The notes: generated from the letters alone by a model not told the origin. A stretch of 64,000 bases of DNA from the human T2T-CHM13v2.0 reference genome, Homo sapiens (GCF_009914755.1 NC_060938.1), one strand, 5' to 3'; shown: positions 1-15,707, counted from the stretch's first letter. Translations and numbers: made by a program.

Positions 1-274
1 TCTTCTCTTGCCCTTAGACACCCATACTTGAGATTCTCCAGCCTCTGGACTCCAGGACTTCCACTAGTAGTCTACCAACCCCACCTCCCAAGTTCTCAGG
101 CCTTCAGCTCCAGACTAAGAGTTACACCATCAGCTTCTGTGATTCTGAGGCTTTCAAATTTGTACTGAGCCAGCCATATTGCTGAATCCCTGTGTCTCCA
201 GCTTGTACACAGCCTGTTGTGGGACTTCTCAACCTTCATAATTACATGAGCCAATTCCCCTAACTAATCCCCTC

Positions 275-313
<39 letters not shown>

Positions 314-363
314 CATCCATCCATTCTACTGTTGCTGTCTCTCTCTGGAGAACCCTAACTATT
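1..363 (+). mobile_element. MLT2B-type ERVL LTR, 3' part (cut by window edge)
   Basis: MLT2-like text (ttctcaggccttcagc..., gtgggacttctcaaccttcataat..., ctctggagaaccctaact) with the typical internal TCTA/TCCA tract; clearly similar to the copy at 63218-63791. Confidence 0.8.
275..322. repeat. (ATCT)9(ATCC)3 tetranucleotide microsatellite inside MLT2 LTR
   Basis: Directly visible. Confidence 0.95.
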
Positions 364-1429
364 GCCCAACTGCACTGACGCATAGCTCCCTATTTACATT
401 GTTACATTGTGTACAGCAGGTCATAGTCTGGAAAGTATCATTTAAAATGCACCAGTGACCAATTAGACCACATATCACCAATGACTTCAGATCCTGTCTC
501 TCTTGCCTGTCTCTGGTTCCAGCTGCTACTGCTGCCTTGCTGCACATGGGCTCCCACCAATTGCAGGGAAGTGCCACCTGCCCCCACCTCACCTCCTGCC
601 TAGGCTACATAATCCTCCACCTCCCTAGTATTTCTGTTGATGTGAAGAAGTGAACATCAACAAGCAAGACCCTATTGCAGCTTGTACAACTTCAACCTGG
701 AAGTGCTAGGAACTTGATGGATGCCCAGCAGGGCGAAACTTTGACCAGTGGGAGATGAGAACAGTAGATTACTTCTTCCCTCATCCACCTCACTGAACTC
801 TGAGACAAAGTGCCTTTTTGGAGGACGTTCTCCAGACCCAGAAATCAGCTGCATTCTTAGTTGCCTGTTTCATTTTCTCTGCCTCACTCCCCTTGTCCAT
901 CACTCCTGCCCTCCAGGGCTGGCCAGCCAAGCAATAGCACACAGTACTGCTTCAGGCTCTGCTTTATGGGAAACCCAGACATTTCCATGAATATCTTATT
1001 TCAATTATTTATATCTATACAGCATGTTTACCAAAGTACTTTTAGAATAATATTTCATTGAAACTTTTAATAAGAGGTTTTAGAAAGAAAGTCAATGAGA
1101 ATAACTAATTCATGCCCATGATAAAGTATAAACCAATTATGCAAAACAGATAAATTCAAGCTTCTCAAAGTTACATGGGTATAATCCATGCAGCTCTCCT
1201 GGGTTTTAACCACTAAGCCTCCCCTTCTTAGGTGTACTCTTCAGATACCACCATCCTTGTGTTTAAAATAAGAATTTCTGCCCATTTTTCATCCTTATTG
1301 CCTTCTTTGTTTTGTTCTCCGTCTCCTCCTTTTCATGTATTTTTTTTCAAAGAGGTTTCATATTCCCTTGTTTTACAGTCAATGTCCTAGACATATCCTG
1401 TCTTAAAAGTACTGTATGTCGATTGGGTA

Positions 1430-1640
1430 TAGAGAATGACTATCTAGGTTCATAATTTCACCTCTGACACTAATAAACTTTGTGGTCTCGCATGAGTTGC
1501 TTAATTTCCCTGGATTTTTTCTCATCTGTAAAATTATGATAAAAATAATACCTACATCAAGACTACATAAAGATTATGTATAAATTCAATTAGAGCAATG
1601 CCTAGCAAATATTAAACCTATAACCATATATTTGTTGACT
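1430..1640 (+). mobile_element. MIR SINE relic
   Basis: MIR core-like 'ttctcatctgtaaaattatgataaaaataatacctac'; boundaries approximate. Confidence 0.6.
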
Positions 1641-1812
1641 TCTTTCACTTTTGCTACTATAATTCTTTGAAGAGAGGGAAGAATCACAACTTTAAGGTTA
1701 GAAACACTTGTATTCAAACCCCAGTATACAACTGGAGAGTTGCTTCACCTGAGCAAGTGATTTAACCAACTCTGCAAGTGGACTTAATGTCATGTTCCCT
1801 TGTGAACTCCCA

Positions 1813-2153
1813 TAGATCCACAGTCCTTTATCTGAAACCCTTGGCAATGGGATGTGTTTAGTAATTCAAAGTTGGTCATAATTTAGAAATGTAATAAGGT
1901 ACACATACAGTATACATTAAATAACACCCCCAGCTGGGGACTGGAACAGTGCCTAGTAATCAAACACAGTAACATTTCTACTGAAAAACTTATGAAAATG
2001 TTTATGAGGTGGAATATATTAAAAAAAATCTAAAGAGACTTAGTGGAATCAGATCAGGTTTTACCACTAAACAAGCTTACCATATGTTTGCAATAAAATT
2101 TTGTTTTCAGACTCTCTGCTTTTCTGAATTGGAAAAACTGAACTGTGGAACTG
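1813..2153 (+). mobile_element. MER46C-like Tigger/Zombi non-autonomous DNA transposon
   Basis: Termini tagatccacagtcctttatctgaaaccctt ... ctgtggaactg form degenerate TIRs; internal aacacccccagc...gtaatcaaacac resembles recalled MER46C. Confidence 0.7.
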
Positions 2154-2219
2154 AATTTCCAATGACCACCAGGACACAAGCCCCTCCACTGCAACATGCC
2201 CAGTATCAAAGGAAATGAC

Positions 2220-2452
2220 TTTCCCTCTCAGGGTCTTTCTCCCTCCCTCCCTCCCGTCCTTCCGTCAGTCTATCCGTCCTTCCTTCCTTCCGGCCGTCCT
2301 TCCTTCCTTCCTCCCTCCATGCCTCCCGCCCTTCCTTCCTCCCACCCTTCCTTCCTCCCTCCCTCCCACTCTCCCTCCCACTCTCCCTCCCTCCTTACCT
2401 ACCTACGTACCTTCCTTCCTTCCTTCCCTCCTTCCTTCTTTGCTTCCTTCCT
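2220..2452. repeat. CT-rich (CCTT/CCCT)n low-complexity polypyrimidine tract
   Basis: Directly visible; source of the spurious Pro/Ser-rich ORFs 2196-2603 and 2215-2463. Confidence 0.95.
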
Positions 2453-5149
2453 GTTACCCATGATGCTCAAGGGCAGGGTCATGCCTCTGTGTTTGCATAC
2501 ACTACTAACCCCCAACCCCAGGAACTTCTGCTTTTCTTTACTCATCTCCTTCATCTACTCCCTAGAATACATATTTATTGAGAACCTACAATATACAAGA
2601 TAAAATACTAACCTAATGAGGAACATAATTTAGTAAGACATGACTTACCATCTAGAAGGCAGAAACATATAAAACATATAGGTGTGCTGCTAGAAATAGG
2701 TAGGCATTTTATATGCCTCATTTTCCCCATTATATACTAGACTAAGCCATTTGAAAAACAAGATGTTCTTACTCATAAATAGGCACTAAATAATTGTCAC
2801 AAAGCTGCAGACAATTCCTTCTTTTTAAATGCCATAAATCCTCAAGCAGTTTCTTTTTAAGATGTCTCTAAGTTTCTATGTTTTAATAAATAAAAACTAT
2901 TACCTATTAAATTACTTGCCTAAACTTCTCAATTGGCATGAGACCCTAAGTGCATTTGATACATAAATGTGAAGTTAAATTCTACTGAAACTGGGATGCT
3001 TTATGTTTTTGTAATCTCTAAAAGACTAGATTTTTTCTTTGTCATTTGGACTTACTCATAGTCAAATATCTCTATAGGGATATTTTCTTATTATCTTATG
3101 ATATGACATCGTTTATGAATGCTTTTAATAAAAGCCAAAGAAACACATCAAATTAACTCTAAAAAAATCAGCCAACCCCATTACTTGGTATCTATTAGAA
3201 ATGATGCCAATATCGTGAAGATACAGTCTTCAGTCTTTAGTTCTCCACTCAGTTTTATGTGTTGCCTAAACCTGTTCTTTGTATTTGATTTTTTTGTTTT
3301 GTATCAATAAACATTTACCTCTGTTTGTGGTCACAGAGGTGTCCAAATATTTGCTCCATCATCTTTGCCCTCACTTGTTATTTATTGAGTACACGGCTCT
3401 GTCCCCATGGTGTTTCCAAGTGCCAGACATGCCTCATGGCTGGGCAATGTGACTCTAAAGGCATTCACACTGTTTCCCTCTCCCAACACTCACATGTCAG
3501 ACAACATAAACAATCTCTGAAATCCCAGGCTGGCGATGTTAATGAAATAAAAAAGATGTACATCTTTTCAATATTCTTCCTTTTTCAGCTTCTCCCTGTT
3601 CAATTGTGAACCCGTTCAAGCCAGTTCAGTTTGGTGGATAGACTAAATACAAAAGGAACAGACTGTCAACAAGTAGCTCAGTTCCATTTTCATTTTAATT
3701 GTAAAATCAACCCCATGATTTCAGCCTTTCTTTCAAGCCTTTTTCTTCTGAGACGCCATGAAAAGCCTAGAGTGCACAGACACATATTGCACATGTATCT
3801 TGTTTTAGACCTTTAGCGTCAAGGTAATGCCTGGGGCAAATATTTAGTCAGGCAATCCCTTATCTTTAAATACTAACACAAAGCTCACAGTAATGTGATG
3901 AGTGGTACCGGGGTAATCATCTTTATTCTTCACATTGATATTTGACAACATCCTACTCAGTGACAGCTGCTTTATCACTGCCTTTAATGACCATAAACCA
4001 GAAAATCTTGCATAATTCAGCGGGAATATTCAGCAGGCCCTCCGTCTGTCTGAGGATGTCTGCTTGCTGAACAGTTTTGTATCCCAGGGTTTCTCAACTA
4101 ACAGGTGCATCATTATACCCACCAGCAATTGGCTGAATAGCGAGTAGCACCATAATTCAGTGTGTACTGCCTTCTGATAACTAACATAAAGAAAAGTACT
4201 TCCTTAAGGAAGGAAAAATAGAGAACCATTTAACTTGTCCAAATGCATTTCAGCTGCTGTTTGAGGGAAGACAATTTGGATTCTGAACAGGTGTTTGTGG
4301 TTCAGTCTCAATTCTCTGTTCACACTGCTATGATTTTTGCTCACCAACATAACTACCTAGGGCAACATTATTTTTTAACTTTGGAGACATGTACGGTTTC
4401 TGTGTTAATATACTGGGAGTTCATAAAATACTGATTAAAGTTGGATCTTGAGAAACTGTCTATTCAGCCAAAAGGAAAACGAAACAAAGTTTTAACCTAT
4501 GAACTTACATAGTTACAATAAGAACATATTCAAACTTTGATTTAAAGTCTGGTCTTCATTGGCTGTCCACCGCATAGCCTTTTGAATGCATTTTCATATC
4601 TCTGAACTTTTACTAGTGAAACTAGAAGCTGGAATTGCAAAATACTTAGCTGTGTGTCTTTGGAGAATTCAGAGAGGTGGGTACAGGAGCATGACACTGA
4701 GACTTTTAAAAGTATACAGAATGTGGAAAAGTGCATGAAGTATAGATTGTTAGTACAGAAAATGTAAAATGTAGACAGGAAGGCCTGTGACAATCAAGAG
4801 GTCTGAGATTCTGATGCTTCAACAGACTGACTGTGTGACTTCAGCCTCATCTTTTGGATGCAATGGCAATAATGATAGTATACCATCTACCACTTATCCT
4901 AAGGGTTTATAGGGATCAAATGGAATAATATAGAAATAAGTTAAGAAAGTATAATGTGATATATAATTATATAATAAAGTTGTTATCGATGAAGTGGATA
5001 TTGATATTTTACTGAGGAATAAAGTTGTTATTGATGACTAAATCTCTCGCAAATGCAATTCTTCTTCCTTGAGCAGATGGCCACTGGCAGTGTTAGACTT
5101 CATCATTCTTTTTACTACCGCTTCTTGCAGTTGTCCCCCTGGATTCCCT

Positions 5150-5682
5150 CTCTCCAGTCTTCCAACACTTCAAGTCCTTCCAAGCTTCACCCAGTGGCAT
5201 TTTTGATCGTGTTATTCCCTTTCTTAAAATACTTCTGAAGATTCCCTATTGCCAAGTCGTACTACTTAGCTTAGAATTACAGTAAGAGCCAACATGAAAG
5301 TTCCATCAACTCAGAGTAAATGACATGCCCAAGATTCAGGAACCAATCACCAGCACCAAACAACCCTAGCAAGGCTCTCAGCTGTTTCTCCAGCCTCTGC
5401 TCCTCCACTTAGACAAGTGCAGCTTCCGGCTGCCTGAAGCTCTGGTGGCTTCTTAACCTGGCAACACATCATTCTCAAGCAGTGTTAGCTATTTCCTCCT
5501 CCATTTCTCCAGCCAGCAGTATGTCTCTGACACAGCAGTTGAATTTTAATTCTTTACTTCTAGATTGCTCTCCACCCAAAGGCACAAAGCAAAATGCTTG
5601 TCTTTTTCTCTTTGGGCAGTGCCATTGGGTAGAAGAGAACTGGTGCCAAAGAAAGAAATAGTGCGTGTTTGTTGAATGAATG
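5150..5682 (+). mobile_element. L2 LINE 3' relic
   Basis: Ends in L2 tail 'tgtttgttgaatgaatg', preceded by 'ctagattgctctcc...aaaggc'; 5' boundary uncertain. Confidence 0.5.
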
Positions 5683-5913
5683 GACCTGGGGCACACCATT
5701 GGTTTCTGCTGCCTGCCATAGGGAAGAAGTACTATGGATACAATGTTTGCTTAATTTCACTTCACTTGTATTCTCTTGATCTTTCCTTATTGAGTCTCTC
5801 AAAGTCCAAGGAAGGCTCAAGTGAGTCTCTTTTTATAAGCTCAGATTATAGATTTTTCATAAATGCATATTAAATTAATGAACAAAAATGGCTATAAACT
5901 GTTGGCCCTTTTT

Positions 5914-7594
<1,681 letters not shown>

Positions 7595-7925
7595 TGGCCC
7601 TTTTTCTTTCTCAATTTAATTTAGTTAATTTTTTAAACAAAAGCTTATATTGGCCCTACTTTCATGATATTTTTATGTTTCTATAGCATGTTTAAACATA
7701 CCAGAGTATATTAAATCTGTTAGCACCAAGCAAGCACTACCCTTCTGCCCTTTAGCCAACCTTCTGCCTAGTTTTTCTGCTTCGGCATTAACCTTGCAAC
7801 CTGCTCTGGTCCCGCCTCAGAATGCACCACATGGTAGTATCACTTTTTGTGGAGCAATTTTACCACAAGTGGATTCCAAGTAATACTGACCATGCTCTTA
7901 GAAGACCTGACTTTTCTCCTCTTCA

Positions 7926-8530
7926 CAGGACTAGCCACATAATTTTCAGGACCCAGTGCAAAATGAAAATGTCGAGTCCCTTGATCAAAACACAGAGAAA
8001 AAAAAATTTCCTTTCTCCTGTGGTCTCTCTCTTGGGGTGCCAAGGTATCTTTCATTTGTTAATAAATCTGATAGGTTTAGCTCTATTTAATGCTGTACCG
8101 TCTGGGGTATGGAGACACACTCTCAGAGTGAATACAGCATCTCACAGTTATCCAGGATCCCTTTCGAAAATTTAGAGCTGGTGGCATACACTCAATCCTG
8201 ACCTTCCCCAGCACCTACTGCCAGTTATTCTTCCCAGGGCCGAGGGTTGCCTCAGCCCTTGAGTGAGAACAGGGAAGCAGGAAACTAAGAATCAATCCTG
8301 GAGACATGGAAAGGGAAGGAAGTTGCCCCTGTACAGAGGCTCCAAGCTTGCTGTAATAATCCATTTTCCCCTCACATTTCACTCACAAAACACAGTGTAA
8401 AATATAAAACTACTTAGAATCCCAAGATGGCAACTGTAGAGCATTTAAACCCAAGCATGACTCTCTTCTGCACATCTGCACATGAAGTTCTGTGCAACTG
8501 CACTAGCCACAAACCCAAAATTGCCTTGCC
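7926..8530 (+). mobile_element. MER45-family hAT-Tip100 DNA transposon
   Basis: Start caggactagccacataattttcaggacccagtgcaaaatgaaaatg and end caagatggcaactgtagagcatttaaacccaagc...ctgtgcaactgcac resemble recalled MER45 termini. Confidence 0.7.
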
Positions 8531-9517
8531 TCTTCACTTTCAATACTTACTGTCTACCCTTGAGAAAAAAAAAAAAATACTCCCTGAGCCTCTATCTATA
8601 TGAACTCCCTCTCAATTTTGTTGTGGGGTTAAATCAAATAATTTTCAGGATTTTAACTTGCTATACCTGTTGTGAATTATCATCCAGTAAGTGCTTCACA
8701 TACCAATGACTTAGGGGCACAATCTCTCTAATATGACTTCTTGGGTTCAAATCCAGATGCTGTTGCTTGCTGGCTAGAGACACCTAGAGTCATGATACTT
8801 GCCATTTACTTTAAAATACTTCAGCTTGTACAGTGGAATACTATGTATGTGTGTTACTTAGTCTAAACTGATGTCCAGGTGCTATCCAAGGAAGTGCATT
8901 TGAGAAATGACCAGCCACCACATGATCATGAATGCACAGTTCAGAAATCAGCTAGCTTTCTTTCCGAAAGGGCATAGCCTTGGTGGCTGCTAGAATCATT
9001 CCTTTTATTCAATATTAGTTATTTCTTTGCTAACAACTATACTGGATGTCAAATTATGGCATTTTAACTATGGAAAAATAATGACTTATAAATCAACATG
9101 ATAAATGTTAAAAATTATCTCTCATTGGTGAAATTGAAAGCCTTCAAGATAGTTGGATTGCCTAAAATAATTTAGGAAGACTTCCCACTCTTGATGATCA
9201 GAATATAAAAACCCCAGTAAAACATACACAGTTAGAGATAATAAATCAGGCTAAATCCTTCAATCATCTGGTATCTATCCATAAACTCTGGAGTTTGGGG
9301 CCGTATGTGTGACAGAATACTTCCTGTGCTGTCTTAGAATTTTCTCCTGGAAATCCTGCAAAGTAACAGTTGGAGCATGTTAAAAAAAAAAAAGAGTTAA
9401 ACATCCTTGAGCCAAAAGAGCAGATCATATAATTGATGTTTTTTAGTGAATATGAAAAAATGTTGAGTTAATATGTGACATACATGAATCAAAATATCAT
9501 CTCAGATTTATGTGTTA

Positions 9518-10196
<679 letters not shown>

Positions 10197-10352
10197 GCTT
10201 CGGAAAATCCATGTACAGTCTGTGTGCCTCAGCATCTTCATCTCTAACATGGGGATAATAAAAGTATTGACTTTACAAGATTGCTTTTAAAATTTCATAT
10301 GTCAAAGAGCATGATGTGTTTAACACATAATAAATAGTGTTTGCAATTGTAA

Positions 10353-10578
10353 CAGTTTGAGTATCCCTTAACCAAAATGCTTAGGACCGGATGTGATTTA
10401 GATTTTGGATTCTTTTAAATTTTGGAATATTTGCATTATCATTATACCTGGTTGAGCATTCCTAACTGAAATTTTGAAATCCAAAATGCACTAATGAGAA
10501 TTTCCTTTGGCCATTATCTCAGCATTCATATCATGAAGCTTTGAATTTCAAATTTTCTGATTAGGAATGCTGAACCTG
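10353..10578 (+). mobile_element. Tigger4a/MER46A-like MITE
   Basis: TIRs cagtttgagtatccctta ... taggaatgctgaacctg; internal ttttggaatatttgcatta. Confidence 0.75.
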
Positions 10579-11729
10579 TTTTTCATTTATTGAAAGAATG
10601 AGGAAATAAGTGAACCAATCAATCAATCAATAAGACCAGTTTTACTCTTTCGTTTACAAAGTAATAAATTAAAAGCAAGCAAGTGCCAATGGCATTCAGT
10701 TTTTCAAAGATAAAAACCTCTATTAAACAAGAGTTTGAGAGCTATGAACTCAAAATCCAATTTTTTTCCCCTTTTACTAAATCACATAACTGCTTTTGAA
10801 TACCAACTTCACAAATGTCCACCAAAGTGATGATTTCCATCTGGTTATACCAAAACAACAGAGAAAATGCATCTGATTTTCTGAATTGAAAATGAACTAA
10901 CACCATGCTATTTCAATTACTGAGTCTTTCTGCATATTTGTATATGGTTTATTTTAATTTAGTTTAAACTATTACTCAGTTAATTTTATTAGGTACTTAA
11001 TAAATACCTAATTAGGTCAAATATATTGTTGAAAGAATGTCACATGACTGATGCTGAAAAGAACTTATCATGAACTAGATTAAGCCAGTTTGATCACATC
11101 CATCTATTAGGTCCTATTTGGTGGATCTTAGCCACTAGTAACTACAGGTTAGGTGATAATTAGCTACTCCTCGACAAGACCTGTTACCAGATTTTAATGA
11201 AAGAAATCCTCAGACCATAGTCAATAAAACATCTAAACATTTTCTAGTAAGTAGGAATAAACAGTCATGCAATCTCTTTTGTCAGCTCAGTGAAGTCCCA
11301 GATCTCTGCCATCTTGGCACGTCTCAAAATTCATTGCACGAAAGAGTCACTTGAGTCAAACACAGGATTAAGCTAAAACTCTCTCAGTGTCAGGCAAATA
11401 AAACCCTACCATAATCACAGCAGAACACAAGATCATTCAGGGATCAAAGGTAGGGGACCATTCCCAAGGGCAAAACATAAAGGGTCTGCTAGATTCTATA
11501 TCCTCTGTATTCATGCAAAGGCAAGGGGCTTCCTTAAGATATGTTTGACAATTCACATATTTTGAATACCACTAATTTCAGGTATTCCGCCTCTAGCATT
11601 CATTGTGCTGATTAAAAAAAATACTACAGGGATGATCTGAGATAAAGGAATTCCAAATAGTTTATTTAAAGTAGCTGCTTTGAAGTGTGTGGTCATTCTG
11701 ATTAGGGGAGGGTGGTTAGTAGAATAGAA

Positions 11730-11993
11730 TTTTATTTTATTTCTTAGAGATGGAGCCTCACTCTTTCACCCAAGCTAGAGTACAGTGGCTCGATCACAGC
11801 ATCACAGCTCACTGCAGCCTTGAACTCTTGGGCTCAAGAGGTCTTCCCACCTTAGCCTCCTGAGTAGCTGGGACTACAGGTAGCACCAGGTGTAGATGTG
11901 GCTAATATTTTTCTTTCTTTTTTTTGTCTTTTCTTAGAGATGGAATCTTGCTACATTGCCCAGGCTTACAGGCATGAGCTACTGTGCCTGGCC
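11730..11993 (-). mobile_element. AluJ, degenerate, with internal deletion in left arm
   Basis: AluJ-type ctcactgcagccttgaactcttgggctcaag; jumps from gcccaggct directly to tacaggcatgagc. Confidence 0.9.
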
Positions 11994-12287
11994 TGGGTTC
12001 TTGATAGGGACAATTGGCTGACCCTAGGGTGTAGATAGAAACTTGGACATATGTGTGTATCACACTCTTCATACTACAGTGTTTTAAAATAAATTACACA
12101 TAAAAACCTACCTTGCTATCAACTTGCCTATATGAAATTCATAGAAATGATCTTCCTAGAAAAAGCAGAAAATGCAGCCACACTGAATAATGTTTTTCCA
12201 GAAGATGCTCACCAACAGATTCATTCCATCCAGAGCAAATGAAAGATTATACCTAAAAGATACAGAATTTCTCCTAAAGGAAAGATG

Positions 12288-12372
12288 AATATATATATAT
12301 ATATGTATATGTATATACACATGTACATATATAAATATGTATGTATACATATTTCCAAAATATATATTTGTG
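12288..12372. repeat. (TA)n/(TATG)n low-complexity tract
   Basis: Directly visible. Confidence 0.9.
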
Positions 12373-13339
12373 TGTATACTTTTTGGTTTTCTTAATAGAA
12401 ATGAATATCATCCATTGCAAATGCAATTTTCTCAGTTTAATTAGTCTGAAGAATTGTAGACTTTAAAGTAGGCACTCAAAATATATTTAGAGATCTAAAA
12501 AGAGATAATGACCTCAGAGATTTAAGTGTAATATTTATTAACTGAATGTAGATTTTAGATATGCTATATGCTAGATATGAGGTATTGTGAAGTATTATAT
12601 TTACGTGTTCTGTGACCATTAGATACTGACTCTGGGATTTTTAACGTATTTGAATTGAGTTTTAAAAAATAGTCCATTTAACAACAAAAACTTGCATAAT
12701 CCCTTCAGTTACATAATAAGCACTTCAAAGCCTCCCACTTTCTTGTAGGAGGAATGCATTATGGATATATTCTAAGAACAGGGTAGGCACTGTTAATGCA
12801 TGAGTTTATGATACTTTCTTGAATCATCATAAAGAACATTGTTACTATTACCAGTAAGGAAAAAGGATGACTCAAGTTGTACCAGAACATAGCTCCTTTG
12901 ACCAGGTGCCATTTTGGATACAGGCATATATGCCCAAAAGCTTCCAGCACAATACTGCCTATATATTGAGTTAGGGATTCTTCTTTGATGGTTTGATGAT
13001 GAGGGCATGGAATTCTAATTTAAGGCCACAAAGTTTCTCATTAGACATGAGAATACCAAAAAGGAAAGGGGAATTTTGCAGCTGTACCTGCTGAAGTCAG
13101 GCACTGTAGAGAACCATAACTACACTGTATACAGTGATAGTGTTTTCCTTGTTTTTGACATGAATGTGGATTTTAGAGTCCTGGAATGGAGGAGCCAGAA
13201 GGAATACTTGAAGTTATCCAGCCTAATATCTTATTGTTTGTGTCTTTTTTTTTGTTTTAGCAGTGAAAGTTGTTCTTTTAAATAAAATAAAAAGCTCCAT
13301 TATAATATTAAAATACTTGAGTTATTATTCTGGTGGATC

Positions 13340-13625
13340 TTAGAGGGATGATTGGAGAGGTAGATCTGGAGGAAGATAGTCCATTTGACAGCGTAAGGAC
13401 CATAACTCAGGTAATGAGGATGAAGAAAATGATATGAATGCAAAGGATATTTGGAAGTTAGGCTCCGGCATGTGGGGATAAAGAAGTATGTTGAGTTTGA
13501 ATCCTAGGCTTCCAGCTTGGGCAACTGGTGGATGGTAATAGAGAAGTGGATTTCCATAGGAAGGAAATCCATTTGGAAGAAGAAGATTGGGGTCAAGATA
13601 ATGAGTTAGATCCATCTGTGTTTTC
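13340..13625 (-). mobile_element. L2 relic
   Basis: Purine-rich L2-like text (ggcttccagcttgggcaactggtggatggta...gataatgagtt); approximate. Confidence 0.5.
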
Positions 13626-14569
13626 TTTGAAAGTGTAGTAGTGAAGACTCCAGAAGGGAGGGACCTAACCCTTATACATACATATTTTGTCTTGATTTGG
13701 GCAGATACTAAATGATTTGACCTTGAATTGAGTCCCTTGTGATGAGAAACTGTCAATTGGAAAGACAGAGAACCTGAATAGATGGTTTCTCTCAATTAAC
13801 TCTCTTCTCCTTAACATACTATTTCATTTCCAACACACCACATAGCTGTATGATCTCAGAAAATTGGAGGTCCTGATTGGTTGCCATGCCTGCATCTTTT
13901 ATGTATATGAATATAGGTGTGTGTTTTAAATTTTCTCACTTTGTTCCAGCAATTAATCTTAGATTTTTACACATTTCCTAGGATAGCCTGAAGTCTATCC
14001 CTTAACTGATTTTGCAGACTTCTTCCCTTCCATGGTACCTGAATAATCAACCACAGCACACCCATCCTCACCCCTGTCCAAATGGGCCAGTCATTTTGAA
14101 TAAGAGCTACAAATTCTACAAAAACTATAAAAATAGGCTGGTCGATACTTTTTGCTTTGGGCGTCATCAGATGGGAATTCTATTCACACTATTTGATCAG
14201 CAAGGCTCTAACCTCTGATTCCGTTCCTAAGGTGTGCTCTCAACAACACAAAAGAGCACTCTGCAGGCATTAACAGAAAAATTATTATTTGTTAGGCTCA
14301 GAGAATTGGTTAAACCACTGAGTTGCCACTACCTGACTCAGGTCCAAACATGGTATTTTTTGTCAAGAAATCTTTTGTGTTCCTTTATTTAAATGGAAGG
14401 CCATTCGAATTGTTACGTTTTGTGACTCACACTCCAGTTTCTCTTCAGATCATATAAATCTTTCACCTTTTGTGACTCACAATTATAAAAGATTATCTAC
14501 ATTTATCTAAAGAAAAAGAAATAGGTCAGATTCCCAGACTGGGCCATAGGCTTTTATTAGTATGAGAAG

Positions 14570-15330
14570 GTTTAAGAAAAATGGTAGGTAGGGAGAGAGA
14601 AACTCTGCTTTGCATAGAGATTTTTAAACAGCCAGAGAGAGAGAAAACAATGAGAAATAAAGTTCTGAGATTCAGGGGCATTCTTGGTCTAGAGATATAA
14701 ATGATTTTTCATTGCTTCATTAAAGACGCAAGATCACTCAGATATTCAAGGTAGGGGCTAAAGGGAAGTGGGCTCAATATAAAATCTTGAATAATACCAA
14801 CATTTAAAGTCTGGCTGATGAAGACTATCAGAAGAAAGAAATCAGGAAATGGTGGCAAGAGGTAAGAAGTGAACCAGAATAGAATAGCATTGTGGAAACC
14901 AAGGGAGAGAGGGATTCAAGATTTAGGGAGCAGTAAGACAGATTTAAAATCCATGTAGGAGTCATACAAGACGAGATGGGAAAACTGCCTGTTGAATTTG
15001 CTGTTTAGAGAGTCGCTAGTTGACTTTGCATGGTTTCCATGAGGTGGTACATCCAGGAGCCTGATTCCCAAGTCTTGTCAGGATGTGAGTAATGGAGACA
15101 CTGACTGTAAACCATCAGACAAATGTTCGATTAAGAAGGCAAAGAGAAAGGTAGCATGATAGCTAGAGAAAGGTCCAAAGTGGAGATAGCTTTGTCTTGT
15201 GTGTGTCTACACACACATATACGGCTCTTTTGTTTTTAAAGTAAAAGAAAAGAATGAATGTCTAGGCTGGAGGAAAAAAGTAAATGGACAGGGAGAAAGA
15301 ATAGTACAAAATGATGGTAAGGTAACTGAT
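14570..15330 (-). mobile_element. L2 relic
   Basis: L2-like text (tgaataataccaacatttaaag..., gtggaaaccaagggagag...); approximate. Confidence 0.5.
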
Positions 15331-15707
15331 TGCATCAGTTTCCTGGGACAACACTGTTTTATGTTTTATTGTTTATTTTCGGCTCTTGACATTGGAGGTC
15401 CAAGATCTTGATGTCTGAATGTTTGATTTCTTTTAAGATCTCTCTCCCTGGCTTGGAGATGGCCACCTTCTTACTGTGTCCTCATGTGGCCTTTTCTGTA
15501 TGTGTGCATCCGTGATGCCTCTGTGTGTGTAAAAATTTTCTCTTTTTTAAGGACAATAGTCAAATTGGATTAGGGCCGACCCTCATGGTCTCATTACAAC
15601 TTAATTATTTTTCTAAAGACCCTATCTCCAAAAACAGTTGCATTTGGAAGTACCGAGTGTTAGGTCTTCAGCATGATTTTTTGGAAGACACAATTCAGCC
15701 AATAATA
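15331..15707 (-). mobile_element. MLT1B-like MaLR solo LTR
   Basis: ggattagggccgaccctcatg...aaagaccctatctccaaa...gacacaattcagccaataata; 5-bp TSD CTGAT/CCGAT. Confidence 0.8.

Noticed and set aside
2196-2603. 135-aa and 82-aa Pro/Ser-rich ORFs
   Set aside because: Translations of the CT-rich simple repeat.
13340-13795. 151-aa ORF, the longest outside L1
   Set aside because: Overlaps an L2-like relic, non-ATG start, no recognisable domain.
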